The translations under genes and the position numbers were made by a program. The notes under the pieces are model-generated. The model was not told the DNA's origin. It worked only from the letters and a program-made list of their open reading frames with translations, and did no database searches. 64,000 nucleotides of DNA from the human T2T-CHM13v2.0 reference genome, Homo sapiens. Below are positions 27,170 through 39,775 of this stretch, in pieces; positions within the stretch are counted from its first letter, which is position 1, and each line of letters starts with the position of its first letter. The DNA is taken from the NCBI RefSeq assembly GCF_009914755.1, contig NC_060925.1; one strand, written 5' to 3'.

Positions 27170-27640
27170 AACTGAAATGTCTGCTGAACATAAAAATGTA
27201 GGAAAGTCAAGAGGAGAAAATATCTCCCAGAATCACAGCACCCTAACACAACCACTATTAACATTTTGAGATACAATTCTTGCCTGTTTTATAGGAGTCA
27301 TTTTTATTTTGTTTATTTTTACTGGAATAAGTATGTTGCACATGCAGTACTAAAATCTGTATCTTTCACATTGTGGTAATATTGTTTTTTCTACACTATT
27401 ACATACTCTTCATAAAATTTGGCCATTGACCTATTATTGTTAGTCATTATTCCAGTTACAAATAATTTTGTGACAAACATCTCTGTGTGTAAAGCATTTC
27501 ATATTTGAGTATCTCCTTACAATGCATGCAAAGAAATAAAGTTATCAGATCAAAGCATATGAATATTTAAGACTTTCCTTTTTCAAAAAAGATCAAGTCA
27601 TCATAATTACCAAAAAAGTTCTATCAAGTAGGTCAGCCCA
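27170..27640 (-). mobile_element. Old L1M fragment(s)
   Basis: AACCACTATTAACATTTTG; ATAATTTTGTGACAAACATCTCTGTG...GATCAAAGCATATGAATATTTAA. Confidence 0.55.
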
Positions 27641-28359
27641 TTCCCCAAGCATCTCTGTTTCCGGAATATGTAATTCTAGATTACAAAACTAAACAGATTT
27701 TGCTAAAGGAAACATCTCAAAATCACCAATGTGCAAAGAATGCCTTGAACAGGCCACATGGAAAGCTCATTATAAGGCTGAATCTGAGTTGTCCTTGCAG
27801 TGGTGCTGTGGTGCTGACATGCAGGGGAAAGCTTCACAATGAGGGTCTTTCCACAGTTCCAGTGAACTCTCAGGCCTGGCAGGGCTGTGACAGGAGCACC
27901 CCCCCACCCCCCTCCACACACATTATAGTCCTCCTCCTATGAAGGGAAGAATCAGCCCTTCCAGGGCAGACACACATTGGTCAGGGTTCGCCTGTGTGGG
28001 TGATGAGGTGGGAAAAGAGGAGCTGTCTCCCTGACAGAAAGAGAGAAGAACCTCAAGTGAGCACTCATTATTGGAGATCTCAGATTCTCCTGGAGAAATA
28101 ATGAGTGTCACTGGAGTTCTGTGGGTTCCTTAAGGAGCAAAACAAGCTAGGTTTGATTAGGCTAATTTGACAACAATAGTTCAGTGGGGAAGGAGGAAGG
28201 AGGAAAAGGAGAACTGGAAGGGGCAAGGTGAAATTTGGGGGAGGATATTGAAATGTAAGGAAATAATACATTTAAATATCTGACATTTAACAGTATGTTA
28301 AATTCACAGAGCATCTTTCCTTGTAAGAATTTGGTTGATAATCACAGGACGCTTTGAGT

Positions 28360-28866
28360 TGGTAGACAAATGCTGTCCAATTCCTGCGCTGTTTCCCCTC
28401 AGCTCACCTCTGCGACCACTTGCATCTATTAGTTTCAAAGATACTAATAGCTTCCCATCTCAAGTCTTTGCATCTCACCATTCCTCTGCCGCAGGGTTTC
28501 TCCAGCACCTAGTGGGGGTTGCTTGGCTGCAGAATTGGGAGGATGTTAACACCCCAGAGCCACCTCCACCCAATGGGGAATGAAGGTAAAAGGATCAATA
28601 CCCCTGCTTCCAGCTCATCTCTAGAGACTGTTTGGAGGCATATTCTACATGGTTTCTTGTAGGATCTCCAGCAGAATCAGGCCCACCTTGTCTGCAGCAG
28701 CAGCCCATTATTAATGCCCACAGTATTGACCTGTCTCTCTCCCCTGTCTCACTTTTTTACATACTCCTCCCTTGTATTGTGTAAGACCACTTTCCAAATA
28801 AACTATGTAACTCAAGTCCTTGTCGAGGGACATAAATCCTACTTATGGGAGAACCAAACTAAGATA
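28360..28866 (+). mobile_element. ERVL solo LTR (LTR16-like)
   Basis: CCAAATAAACTATGTAACTCAAGTCCTTGTC...GGGAGAACCAAACTAAGATA terminus. Confidence 0.75.
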
Positions 28867-29169
28867 GCAGAAAATTTGTATGCCCATTTGGCAGATTAGA
28901 AGACTGAGTTTCAAAGAACTCCAATGACTTTCCCAAGGTAATTGGGTTGTCATGTGGCAACATCAGAACCAAAAGCTGACTCTTCAACTAGTGTTTTCTC
29001 TACTCTACAAGGAAGTCTATTTTACAAATCAAACAATAACGTTTTATTGACTCCCTATTAGGCACTATGTGGGGTACTAGGATCTCCAAGCCCAGTAAAA
29101 AAGAAAGAAAATTACTCACCATAAGGCAATGTCTTAAAAGTAGCAGTCATCTAGTTCTGTTCCATTAGT

Positions 29170-29790
29170 TACTATCAGCATTTATTTAGGGCCTACTGCA
29201 TGCCAGGCAGTCTGTTAGACACTGAAAGCCTGAAGATGAGTGAAACTTGGCCCCTGCCCTTCAGAAGTTTAGAATCTAGTAGTGAAAACGGAGAGGTGAG
29301 AGAGGTCGACAGACATAGACACACTTTCCAATAAAAGGGATAACTGAGAAAACAGGCATAGAGTTATACAGAAACAGAGAGGACTGATATCTAACTCAGG
29401 CTGGGGGACTGGTGTCAGAATTTCTTGGAGGAGATTCATTCTTTCATGCATGCAACCAATATTCCCTGAGTTTCTACTAGATTCCAGGTGGCACGCCAGG
29501 AGCCTGGATTACACTGGTGAATCATCCAGCTGTAGTCCCTGTCTCAGGCCAGAGCTAAGTCTTGGAAGAAATGCCTGAAAGTTAGCCAGAAAGAGAGTGG
29601 GGAAAGGTCTTCCAGATGGAGGGAAGAAGCATATGCAGAGCCTGGGAAGCATCAGCAGCATTTTGGGGGTGAAGTGAGTGCTGTGGGGAGTGGGGGTGGA
29701 GGAGGGGAGGAATAGCATTGCTAGAGCATAAATACCCAGGAAAGGGGGCCAGGAAATGAGCTGCAGACTTGGCCAGGGACCACATCAGAG
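29170..29790 (-). mobile_element. L2 fragments
   Basis: GCATTTATTTAGGGCCTACTGCATGCCAGGCA; GGCCAGGGACCACATCA. Confidence 0.65.
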
Positions 29791-32700
29791 TAGAGCTTAA
29801 GCTAACAAAGTGCTATAGGAACATGAAGAAAGGAGGATGGATAATTCTTTGGGGACACAGGAGGCCATCACGGAGAGGTCCACAGAGGCAATGGCACTGG
29901 AGCGAGAGACCTTGAAGAACATGAGAAATTTACCCCCATGTAGAAGGAGAAAGGAGACTCTAGAAAAATTCAGCTTATTCTGCAGTGCAAATTCTGTTCA
30001 CTGTGCATACAGAGTGACATTTCAGTGAATTTTCTTCCAGGAAACACATTGCTCCAGGGTGAGATTCAGGGCTGCCACATATAGTTGTGCAGAACCCAGT
30101 CCACATAGCTAAACACAGTGGCCTTCACATGTTTGGAGATTGCTGGGAAGGCCTGACCTCAAAAGGGATGCCCTCACATCCTTTTATCCAAGCATCTGAA
30201 AGCCTTCTCATTAGATATTTACTCCTTTGGATGAAGCTGCTTGCTCTTCAGTGAGTCACTTTAAATGCAAATATTCTGGCTTCCAGGGGATGAGTATGGG
30301 GTTGGGGGGAGTGATGTGGGCATGACACCTGACACCACAACCCTGCCTCAATGGATCAGAGGCCTAGAGCTAGGACACCCAATTTGTTCTCCGACATTCT
30401 CCTCTTTCCTCCTTCCACAGTGGAAGCACCTGTCCCTCCCCTACAGGCTTAAGTAAGTCCTCAGCTCCCAGAATGCATGTGAGTCTCAAGCAGAAAGGGT
30501 TTAAGTAGATGCACTTAGCATCCAGCCACTCTGAATGTCTTTAAGGATTCTCTCATTTAGATAACCAGGCTTTAGTTTGCTATACTTAGTCCTCAAATTA
30601 CTCCTTGCTGGATTCAGCAACCTGCTAGCTAGCTTGGACCAATGTTGCTGCCACTTCGCTCTCCCTCTGTGCAGAAATCACTAGAACACTTGGCTGTGTT
30701 CCTTACCCGGTAAAAAACAGCCTCCTTTACTACCTAGAGCTGGACAAAGATCTACTTCCTGCAGTGAGACTCAGGCGCTCCCCATATTCCAAGGTCTACC
30801 TGGTCAAATCTCCAGAGAGAAAGATGACGTTTATTCCTTCATTTATTTCACAAGCTTTTATTGATCACCTAAATTGTGCGCAACCTCAAAGAGTAGCTGA
30901 AGGATCTTGTGGTCCAATGAGTGAATGAATAATTATGCAATATGAGATGAGAGAGACTGGAATTGAGCTGAAGAAGAAAGAAGAAGAAAAAAGCTTAGCC
31001 TTAGAGCCTCTTTGAGCACTGTTTTTCTTAGCTATAAAATGCGGATGATATTGTTTCTTTGTGAAGTATTGTGAGATTTGAGATAATCCTAAGGTAAAGC
31101 ATGCAGCAGATATAAATGTTCCATACACAAACAATCTCATGGTTTTCCTAAGCTAGGATGAGATGCTGGACAGGCATAATGTGTCAAACAATGGATTATA
31201 TTACAACATCACTTTCGGAGCCTCAAATGTTTGGTATTTAGCATATTACCCTTCCCATGGGCCGCTTGAATTTTAATAGAGCAACTCTTCTCAACTGTGC
31301 CACCACAAACACATTATAGGTATCCCCAGATACTTAACATCTCATTCCTGTAGGTCACTGGAAAGGATGAGGGTTCCAGACGGGTAGGGAATAAGCCTCA
31401 CTTTGAACTCTTTCTTGGTTTTTATAAATGAGGAAACTAAAGCTCAAACAGACTCAGTAACTTGTCCCAGATACATAACCACAAAAAACTATGGCATATA
31501 TTCAAATCCAGGTCTGCCAACTACAAGTCCACTGCCTTGTCTTTTTCCTTTGTTACCTTCCATCTTCTAGGCAGGTCCATGAGTGAATCTTGGAATGGGG
31601 TAAAGTGAAAATTACCCTGCAATGGCCTTCTTTCCCAATAATAATGAAGACCCTGAAATTGGCCCAGGAGTACTAATGACTGTATTAATAAATGCTCTAA
31701 GCATTTTCAGAGATCTGTGTGTGGATGGACAGGAGGAGACCTGGAACTGCTCAGAGAGGTAATATACTTAAAATTACCAGCTCAGCAAAAGTGGAGAAAG
31801 GGAAGCTCACACTGGAGACTAATAAAATAAGCAAGTTGTTGAACTGGCAGACAGCTGGAGGAATTTGAATCTTGATGATTCCTGGCCAGATCTTGCTTAA
31901 TTATTTCCAATATCTTCATTTCAAAAATAATGTGCTTTTTCCCCCAGGACAATTTTGATCAAAGCAATTAGTCAAGTGACTACTTGGCTGATCACTATCA
32001 GTCTATTAAAATACACACATGCTCACACATACACACACATGCCCTAAAGAGAATATCACATGGGGCTGGGGTCAGGAGTTTAGCATACAATTTCTGATTC
32101 TTCCTTGGGCTTATCCTCTGACCTTGAGGAAAGACCTATGCCATCTCTGAACACCTATTTCTTCACATATAAGTTTTCTTCACATATAATATTTCTTCAC
32201 ATATAAAACAAAAAATATTTGTTTTAATTTAAATTGATACAGAAGAGTATTCGGAATAAAGCTGAAATGTAATGGAAGACATTCAAAAAGATTTTGAAGG
32301 AATTTCAACATTTGTGGTCCGCAGAGAACATTATAGGAGAGTATAATGTGTGTAGATTTTTCAATAAGCTGAGTTGTTTGTTGAAAACAAATTCAATTTA
32401 GAATTAAAAATTTGAATTTTAGGGCTTTGGCCTTCTCTTGATTCAACAATGCCTTTGCCTGTAGCTCCTTACAACAAATTGTATGCAATGTGTCATTTCC
32501 AGATGTCTCTACCCACACTTCTATGGCTGCCAGGTGTCCTGTGCACACAGACTGCCCAGTTGCTCAACCCTGAGTTTAGGCCCATGGGGACTCCGCTTAT
32601 TGCAAATTAAGAGAGACTCAGGAGACACACTGGCACCTTGCCCACAGGTGTCATTTACCTGTGCTGGTCCTGACCAACAAGTTCAGTTTAGTAAGCTCAA

Positions 32701-32860
32701 TCCTTACATATACCAATATTCACTCGTATAATCATTCCATGACCCCTTGCTGAGTCCTACTATGGATCAGGCATTAGGGGCAAGAGACAGAGGTCAGGTA
32801 AAAAGGTAACCTAGGCATCATTCCTGCCAGAGGTGCCCTTCATCTAGCAGAGATGACAGG

Positions 32861-33292
32861 TGAAAAACACTCCCTCTTTGACCTTAGTAAGACTCCTCTG
32901 AGCCCTCTCCCTGAGCAGTCCTCAACTTTGGATCTGTCTCTAGCTTACCGAGCCCAGTTTTAGCAAAGAATCCTGCTAAGTCAGTTTAGCAGGAATCTCC
33001 CAATTCTTCATATCTGATCAAGTTCCTCATCCCCCACCCTACATCTAAGTCCTTGGCCTGCCTTTAGCAAGAACTTGTTAAGCCAGTATCTTGATGTCTA
33101 ATCAAGTTCCTCTTAGTAGTTTTCCAACCACTGACCCCCTCACTCTGTGCATGGGCTATAAATCTTCAGCTGTCTTTGCTTTATTCAAAGAAAGTCCCAT
33201 TCTATCATGAAGTCTCTCTCCCCTAGTACAGTAGCTCAAATAAGATCTGCCTTGTTTTTAATAAGTGTATAGTGAATAATTTCTCTTTGACA
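32861..33292 (+). mobile_element. MER31-like ERV1 solo LTR
   Basis: GCCCAGTTTTAGCAAAGAATCCTGCTAAGTCAGTTTAGC; GGCTATAAAT TATA-like box; TG...TTTGACA ends. Confidence 0.8.
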
Positions 33293-33324
33293 ACACTTAT
33301 TTCCATTCCTTGGGCTCCTAATAA

Positions 33325-33950
33325 AAATAATACCAGCAGCTAACATTTTACTGAAGATTTGCTTGAGGCCAGGCACTGTGCTAAGAACTTTCCACACTGT
33401 GGCAGCTTTAGAGGTCTACCATTCCCAGGCAGTTCTAACCAAAGACTGAGCATGATGGGGATATAGGGCCTGGCCATTTCTACCCAGTGCAGAAATCCTG
33501 CCTTGGCAATCTCAGTTTCAGAGCTCCTGGTTGGCCTGGGTGTGACTTTTCAGAGGTAAACCAAGGTCTAGGGTACTTCCTACCCAACCCCCCTTTCTTC
33601 CTCTTCTCCTTCCATGGGTGCCAGACTGTATCATGGTCTGCAGTTTCTCCCTGATGACTCCTGCTCCCTGGCCCCTTTATCTTTCATAAGTGCTACCCCA
33701 GTAAGTCTCTTGCACTTCTAACTCTGTATTGACATCTGCTTCCTGCAGGGCCTGAACTGATAAATACATATTATATCTTTTAATCTTCACAACAACATTG
33801 GGGGGTGGGATGCTCTTATTACACCCATTTTATAGATAAAGAAATTGAAACACACAAAAGTTAGGCAGTTGCTGCATAGTTGATGGCAAAGCAGGGATTC
33901 AAACCCAGGTATGGCTTTCTGTAATAAGTGCATTAGCATCTAACCACTTC
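33325..33950 (-). mobile_element. MIR split by an LTR16-like insertion
   Basis: CCAGGCACTGTGCTAAG before the LTR; AATCTTCACAACAAC...CCCATTTTATAGATAAAGAAA after it. Confidence 0.7.
33398..33764 (+). mobile_element. ERVL solo LTR (LTR16-like)
   Basis: TGTGGCAG start; CTCTTGCACTTCTAACTCTGT...CATCTGCTTCCTGCAGGGCCTGAACTGA end. Confidence 0.7.
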
Positions 33951-34629
33951 CATGACCAATGTGAGATAAAGGAAGCAAGAAAAAGCTGCCATCAGACACA
34001 AAGTTCCCTGTTGTCACTGGCTGAGAAAGCTGGTGAACTTGCAGATGAGGCCAAGGTGCTACCAAGCAAGCATAATCCCTGCTCGGTGTGTGGCTCTAAG
34101 AAAAGAAGACATCCTAAGAGAGCAGGGCGATGCAAAAGGCAGTTCTGATGTTCCCAAAGGGATGGATTCTAATAAATGAAGGGTATTTAAAGGAAAAATG
34201 CAGTTTTTCTTCATACATTCTAATAAACCCTGAATTTTAAAGGATATGTCAGAACAATTCGTCATGTAAATGTTTATCAGGCTGCTCCCATGAACCAGAT
34301 ACTAGGATGTGGCAATGAAAAAGACATGCACTGTCCTTTCCCTGTGGGAGCTTCCAAGGTTCACAAGACAGAATAGAAAAGCTTAGGAAGAACTGAGCTT
34401 AAGAACGGCCTTCCCTTTCACTGGCTATGAAATCTTGGGCTGATGTTTATCCTTTTGATGCATCCGAAACATTCTGGAACCTGTAAGAACTCGGTCAGAA
34501 ATGGGAGGTTCAGAATATGCTAAAACTTATAAGTGTGAGAGTCAATGCAAAGGGTGTCATTTGCAACTTTCAGAATAAGAAGAGCCAGGAAGGGACAAGC
34601 TCAGTATGTGGAAATGAATAGCAAATGTT

Positions 34630-34925
34630 TAGAAGCTTGGTAGTTAAGAACATGGACTCTATTCTGGGACTAGCTGGGTTCAGATCCCAGCTGTACTCAC
34701 TTACTAGTTGTGTGAACTCAGGCAAGTTACTTGACCTACCTGTTCTTGGTTTCCTCATTTTGCAAGATAGCGTTGGCAGTACTACCTAATGAATAGCATT
34801 ATTATGAAGATTAAAAGAGTTCACAACTTAAAATAAAAGTTAAAAAAAAGAGTTCACAACTATATTGCACTTAGAACAGTGTCTGGCATACAGGAAGTGC
34901 AATGTTAAATATTAGCTATCTTTTT
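34630..34925 (+). mobile_element. MIR SINE carrying a micro-insertion at 34829-34845
   Basis: CTGGGTTCAGATCCCAGCT...GGCAAGTTACTTGACCT...CACTTAGAACAGTGTCTGGCATA. Confidence 0.85.
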
Positions 34926-35121
34926 TATTTTAACCCTTGGGGCCTATTCTGATTGTGATCCCAGACCCCAGCATTACTACCTCCAAGTCATGACTCCAGT
35001 CTTCCCTGCTGTCCACTATGGATTCTTCCAATACTGTCTCTTTAAATTAGGCTGACCCACTCATAGTTTATGCAAATAGAACCCAGTAAGACAGAGCTTT
35101 GGACATAAGCCCTGGAGCTTC

Positions 35122-35556
35122 TGTATTACTCATGGACCCAGCAGAAAACAGATGGCACATTTAATTAGGATAACAGGACTATTTACAAAATTGTAGGGGG
35201 AAAATGTGGCACTTTGGGGCTAGTAGTAGGTGGGGCTCCTTGACATCTCTAGGTCTGAAGGGGCAAGAGGGAGGAGTGGTTACCAGAACCCAGCCCATGA
35301 CAGGGACACAGACCTGTGGCTGACAGATGCAGACATCCCACAATGGCCTAAAGGGATGGCAGAGAACCAATCCTGTAACCTTCTTCTCCTCAACTCTCTC
35401 CCTCCAGTCTCCTGTCTCTCCCCACCATTGGCTGAATTCATCCAGAAGCCAGAGGATAAGACATTCATTTACTCCCAGTGTTTCTTTGCCTCTCCAGGGA
35501 CAGAACAGGATGAAGAATAGAAAACAGTAGATCTGGAGTGGCTAACAAAAGTAACC
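35122..35556 (-). mobile_element. ERVL LTR (LTR33/LTR41-like)
   Basis: TGTATTACTCATGGACCCAGCAGAAAACAGATGGCACA start; GTAGATCTGGAGTGGC near the end. Confidence 0.6.
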
Positions 35557-35559
35557 CGG

Positions 35560-35737
35560 TGTGTCAGTTGGTTTAGGCTGCCATAACAAAATACCATACC
35601 CTGGGTGGCTTAAGCAGCCGACATTTATTTCTTACAATTCTGGAAGTTGGAAGTCCAAGATGTGTGTGCCAGTGGGATTGGTTCCTGGTTAGGGCCCTCT
35701 TCTTGGTTTACAGGTGGCCATCCTCTCATTGTATCTT

Positions 35738-35800
<63 letters not shown>

Positions 35801-35920
35801 TAAAGGCACTAATGACCTACTCACCTCCATCCCAAGTCCTCACCTCCAAGAATCATCACATTGGAGATTAGGATTTTAACATATGAATTTGGTGGGTACC
35901 CAAGCATTCAGTCCACAGCA
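35560..35920 (-). mobile_element. MLT1A-like MaLR LTR
   Basis: AGGCTGCCATAACAAAATACCATA...GGAAGTCCAAGAT...CATTCAGTCCACAGCA. Confidence 0.88.
35740..35800. repeat. (TG)19(AG)n compound microsatellite
   Basis: Directly visible. Confidence 0.95.
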
Positions 35921-36941
35921 CATAGCATGAATTCTAACCTAATATCATAATTTTTCTTTGCCTCAGTCTCCTTTCTTGAATTTTTATGGTTCCTGATTAT
36001 CTGGTTATTGCTCAGTCCTGGACTTAATCTCACTCCATGGACCTGACTGAAGATTGGACCCTCTGGTTGTGTTTAGGGCAATATCTTTTAGATATGGGGG
36101 TCTGTTCTAACCTATCCCAGAAACCTTTGTCTCATGCCCATACAACAGGCCCCAGGACACACTCCAAGCAAGTCACAAGCCATGTTGTCTGGTCTGTTCT
36201 TGTTCTGATCTACCTGATTCCAAAAGCCTGATCCTGTTCTATGGCCTTGACAACTTCCTTCAGTCCTTTTTGGGTCCTTTCTGTTTATTCAGTTGGCCAT
36301 GCATCTGGCTTTAGGTACTGGCCCCATCTAATTCCTGAAACTCTTTTGGATTCTCTGGTTTTTGCGCCCTCTTTTTATTTCAGGTGGAAGCTCCCCATGA
36401 CCTTGATCCTCCCTCAAGATCTAGACTTGATATTTTGTACTTACGATTGAGTCGTATTTACTCACTCTCCCAGCAAGTGACGCCCCCATTGCCTCATCTC
36501 ACTGGATCTTCATAATAATTGTAGGAGGTATGTGTTATTCTTGCTCCATTTTAGCAAACTGACTCTCAGTAAAGTGAAGTGATTTGCCAAATAACACACA
36601 GCTGGTGACTACTGGCACTAGGTTACCTTCTTTATATAGATTATCTCACCAAAATCTAAGCTCCATGACAACAGAGATTTTTTGTCTGTTTTGTTCACAA
36701 CATTTTCTCCAATGTTTAAGAGTGTCTATCATAACAGGAGCTCAATAAATGTTTGTTGGATGAATGTTGAGTAAAGGATTTGATTTGATCCCTATCACAT
36801 CTCCATAAGAGGTGGATTGCTATTTTTCTAATTTTATGGATGAGAAAACTTAGAAGGTTGAGAGTTTAAGTAATTTCCTCCAAACAATGAACATCCAGTG
36901 AGACTCTAATGCTACTAAGAATCCAAGCCCATGCTCTAAAA

Positions 36942-37261
36942 TAGTGCTGCTCAAGGTGTGATTCAAGGACCAGAGCTAAACTGTGAATTATTTATTTATG
37001 GTTTCTAATAAGTTTAGAAATTGAGGGTGAGCTTTTAGAAATTCTTACAGCAATTTTACATCGCTCTATTTCCCAGCCTGTGACCAGTAGCCTTGTCTCA
37101 TTGCACAGGATACTAACTAGTAAGGGTGCTTTTGAATTCACAGAGATGAGCTGACAATGGTATGAAGCACATACTGGCAGTAGGACCATGTATTAATCTT
37201 TGGCTGATTAGAAATAAAAGAGGAATCTAGGCCATCACTACAGAAAATTTGAGAAGCATTG
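36942..37261. mobile_element. hAT-Charlie non-autonomous element
   Basis: Imperfect TIRs TAGTGCTGCTCAA...TTGAGAAGCATTG. Confidence 0.6.
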
Positions 37262-38329
37262 CTCCAACTTACTCCATTTGTGCCAAATTCCATCACCCCA
37301 TGCTCCTTCCAGACTCAGCCCACTGCCAAGCACAAGGGGAGTGTGTGTTTTCAGTTTTTGGTTCTTCCTTTCATTTATCCAACAAACATTCCCTGAGCAA
37401 TTTCTATGTGCCAGACCATGTGTTGGGTGCTGGGGTGCAGGAGGAATATAGCTGATTCTTGGAGGAATTTATACATAGTTTGATATCTGTAGTGTTCATG
37501 GTTCTATCTTGGGTAACAAAGAAGTGATTTAAGGAAAAGGCCAATATCTGGAGAGTGAACTGATGAAGTAACTCAGGCTGTCTGTGATGTTCTGGAAATG
37601 TACAATTCCTTTATTTGTCACAATGATAGGGCTGCATCCTCAAGATGGGGATGCAAAAGAGATAGGGCATGAACTGACTGACAAAGAGAAGCTGATCTTT
37701 ATTCTCGTAAATCACGGGAGCATCACTGTGAACTGGCTTATGCTACTTGTACTCAAGATGCTAAGATTCTGACTTTTTCTTTAATATTATCTAAGTAAAT
37801 CTGAAATGGTGATTCCATAGAGGCTAAACTGGAAAGTCATTGCAAAAGAAAAGAAATAATCAGTTCAATGAAAACAATCAGTCAAAAGCACTAAATCGTC
37901 CCCAAAGAGCCAAAGTTTGGAATCAAAAAGACTGTGGTTTAAATCCTAAGTACTACTGCATACTGCCCCTGTGGCCATATGCAAGTAGCTTAACCTCTCT
38001 GAGAGGCAAATGCCTTATCTCTAACATGAAGATAGTAATTCTTACTCCCCTGTGCTACAAATTCAATACAGGAACTGTGCTACAGCACTCAATACATGGT
38101 TGCAGTTTTTGTTTGTGTTTTGTTGTCATTGTTAGTAATATTAGGTACAAAGCTGGGCAGGAAGATCTGAAGCTGCACACTTACCTGTGTCAAGCAGAGC
38201 AGACTGTCTGGGTCTGAATCTTGGCTCTGTTGCTTACTTACTGGCACACAACAGGTGGTATGCAAATATTTATTTAAAATGAACTAAACAAAAAATGGTG
38301 GGTTTGATCCAAGCAAGGAAACAGAGTCT

Positions 38330-38785
38330 AAGTTCATTGATTCAGCACTCATTTACTGAGGTCTATCATGAGCCAGGCTGGGTGCTGGGGACACATAGTG
38401 AATAGACCTCAGTCTCTGCCCTTGTGGTGCTCAAATCCAGAGGAGAGGGCAGGCAAGACCACCAGGAACCAACAGAGAGAGAGAAAAAGAGGAGTATGGT
38501 GAGTAGTGCTAGGGAGAAGAGGGGGATGCTGATCTGAAGGAGGGATGCTTGTGTTCAGTAACTAAGTGGGCAAGAAGGAAACAACCTTTCAAAGATCAGA
38601 GACATGAACAGAGTAGCACCTGGACCACAGCAGCACCCAGTACACTTGTTACCCCTGCTCATTTGCTTATCTGGAGAGTAAATTCCATGAGGTCAGGGGT
38701 GTCTGCTTCATTCTCCACTGTCTTCCCAGTACCTCACACTGGCATTGAGTTTATTCTTAACAGCATTTGTAAATGAATGAATAAA
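38330..38785. mobile_element. L2 fragments (minus ~38330-38620, plus ~38660-38785)
   Basis: CATTTACTGAGGTCTATCATGAGCCAGGC; AATTCCATGAGGTCAGGG...AAATGAATGAAT. Confidence 0.65.
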
Positions 38786-39200
38786 TATTCCTTCTCAAGA
38801 GTTTTTCTATTCTGAGTTGTATGACAATAGCTAGTACATATTTATAATTTTGTTTGTTCCAAGCACTGTTCTAAGTACATTCTGAGAATTATCTAACTTA
38901 ATCATTACAATGATCCATAACCAATCAGTTCATTCATTAAGAAACTATTGAAAATTCTTCTGTGCTTAGCAATAGTTAGATGCTGCGGAGGGAAGAGAGA
39001 GCATTGCCTTTGCCACAGTACTCTTCCATCTGTTCTGTCCAGCTATCTCCCTCACTCCCTTTCTCCCCATGCTTAAGTTGAATGCATCCTTAGAAAATCC
39101 AATTAGGTGTCTCCTCTGCCAAGAAGCCTTCCACAATTCCATGGGAGCTGAGTGTTTGGTCTCACCCGCTCTGTGCTCCCTAATGTCCATAATGCCCACA

Positions 39201-39775
39201 TGGCAGGCAGAATGACCCTCAAGATCTCACGCCCTAAGCCTTGGAACATGTGACTGTGATGAGATCTCACTCTCATGACTGCATTATGTTACAAAACACA
39301 GGGAGCTTGAAAAAGGGAGATTATCTGGGTGAGCCAGATCTCATCATGTAAAGCCTTAAAAATACAGTTGTGTTCTCAGGCTGGTAGCAGAGGAAGGGGA
39401 AGACAGAGAGATTCAACTGGCTTGAAGATGGAAAAAATGGACCACTTGAGAAGAAATGTGGGCAACCTCTAAGAACATTGGTGCCCCCCTGGCTTGACAG
39501 CCAGCAAGGAACCAAGGACCACAGATGCAACCCGAAGGAACTGGATTCTGCCAGTGATCTGAACTAGCTTGGAAGTGGATTCTACTTCTGAACCTCCAGA
39601 TAAGAGCCCAGCCAAGGTGACACCCTGATTTTGCCTGGTGAGTCCCTGAGCAGGGAGCTCCTCTGAGCCTGTCTGGACTGAGAACCTGCAGAAGAACTGT
39701 GAGCTAATAAATGAAGGTTGTTTTAAGTTGCTAAATCTGCGGTACTTTGTTACACCACAATAGAAAATGAGCATA
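39201..39775 (+). mobile_element. MLT1E/F-like MaLR LTR inserted in an L2
   Basis: GGCAGGCAGAAT...GACAGCCAGCAAGGAA...AACTGTGAGCTAATAAAT...AATAGAAAATGA; L2 flanks at ~39030-39200 and ~39780-39930. Confidence 0.85.

Noticed and set aside
30067-30125. Possible internally deleted MER91-like MITE
   Set aside because: Only the left end matches convincingly; too short to support.
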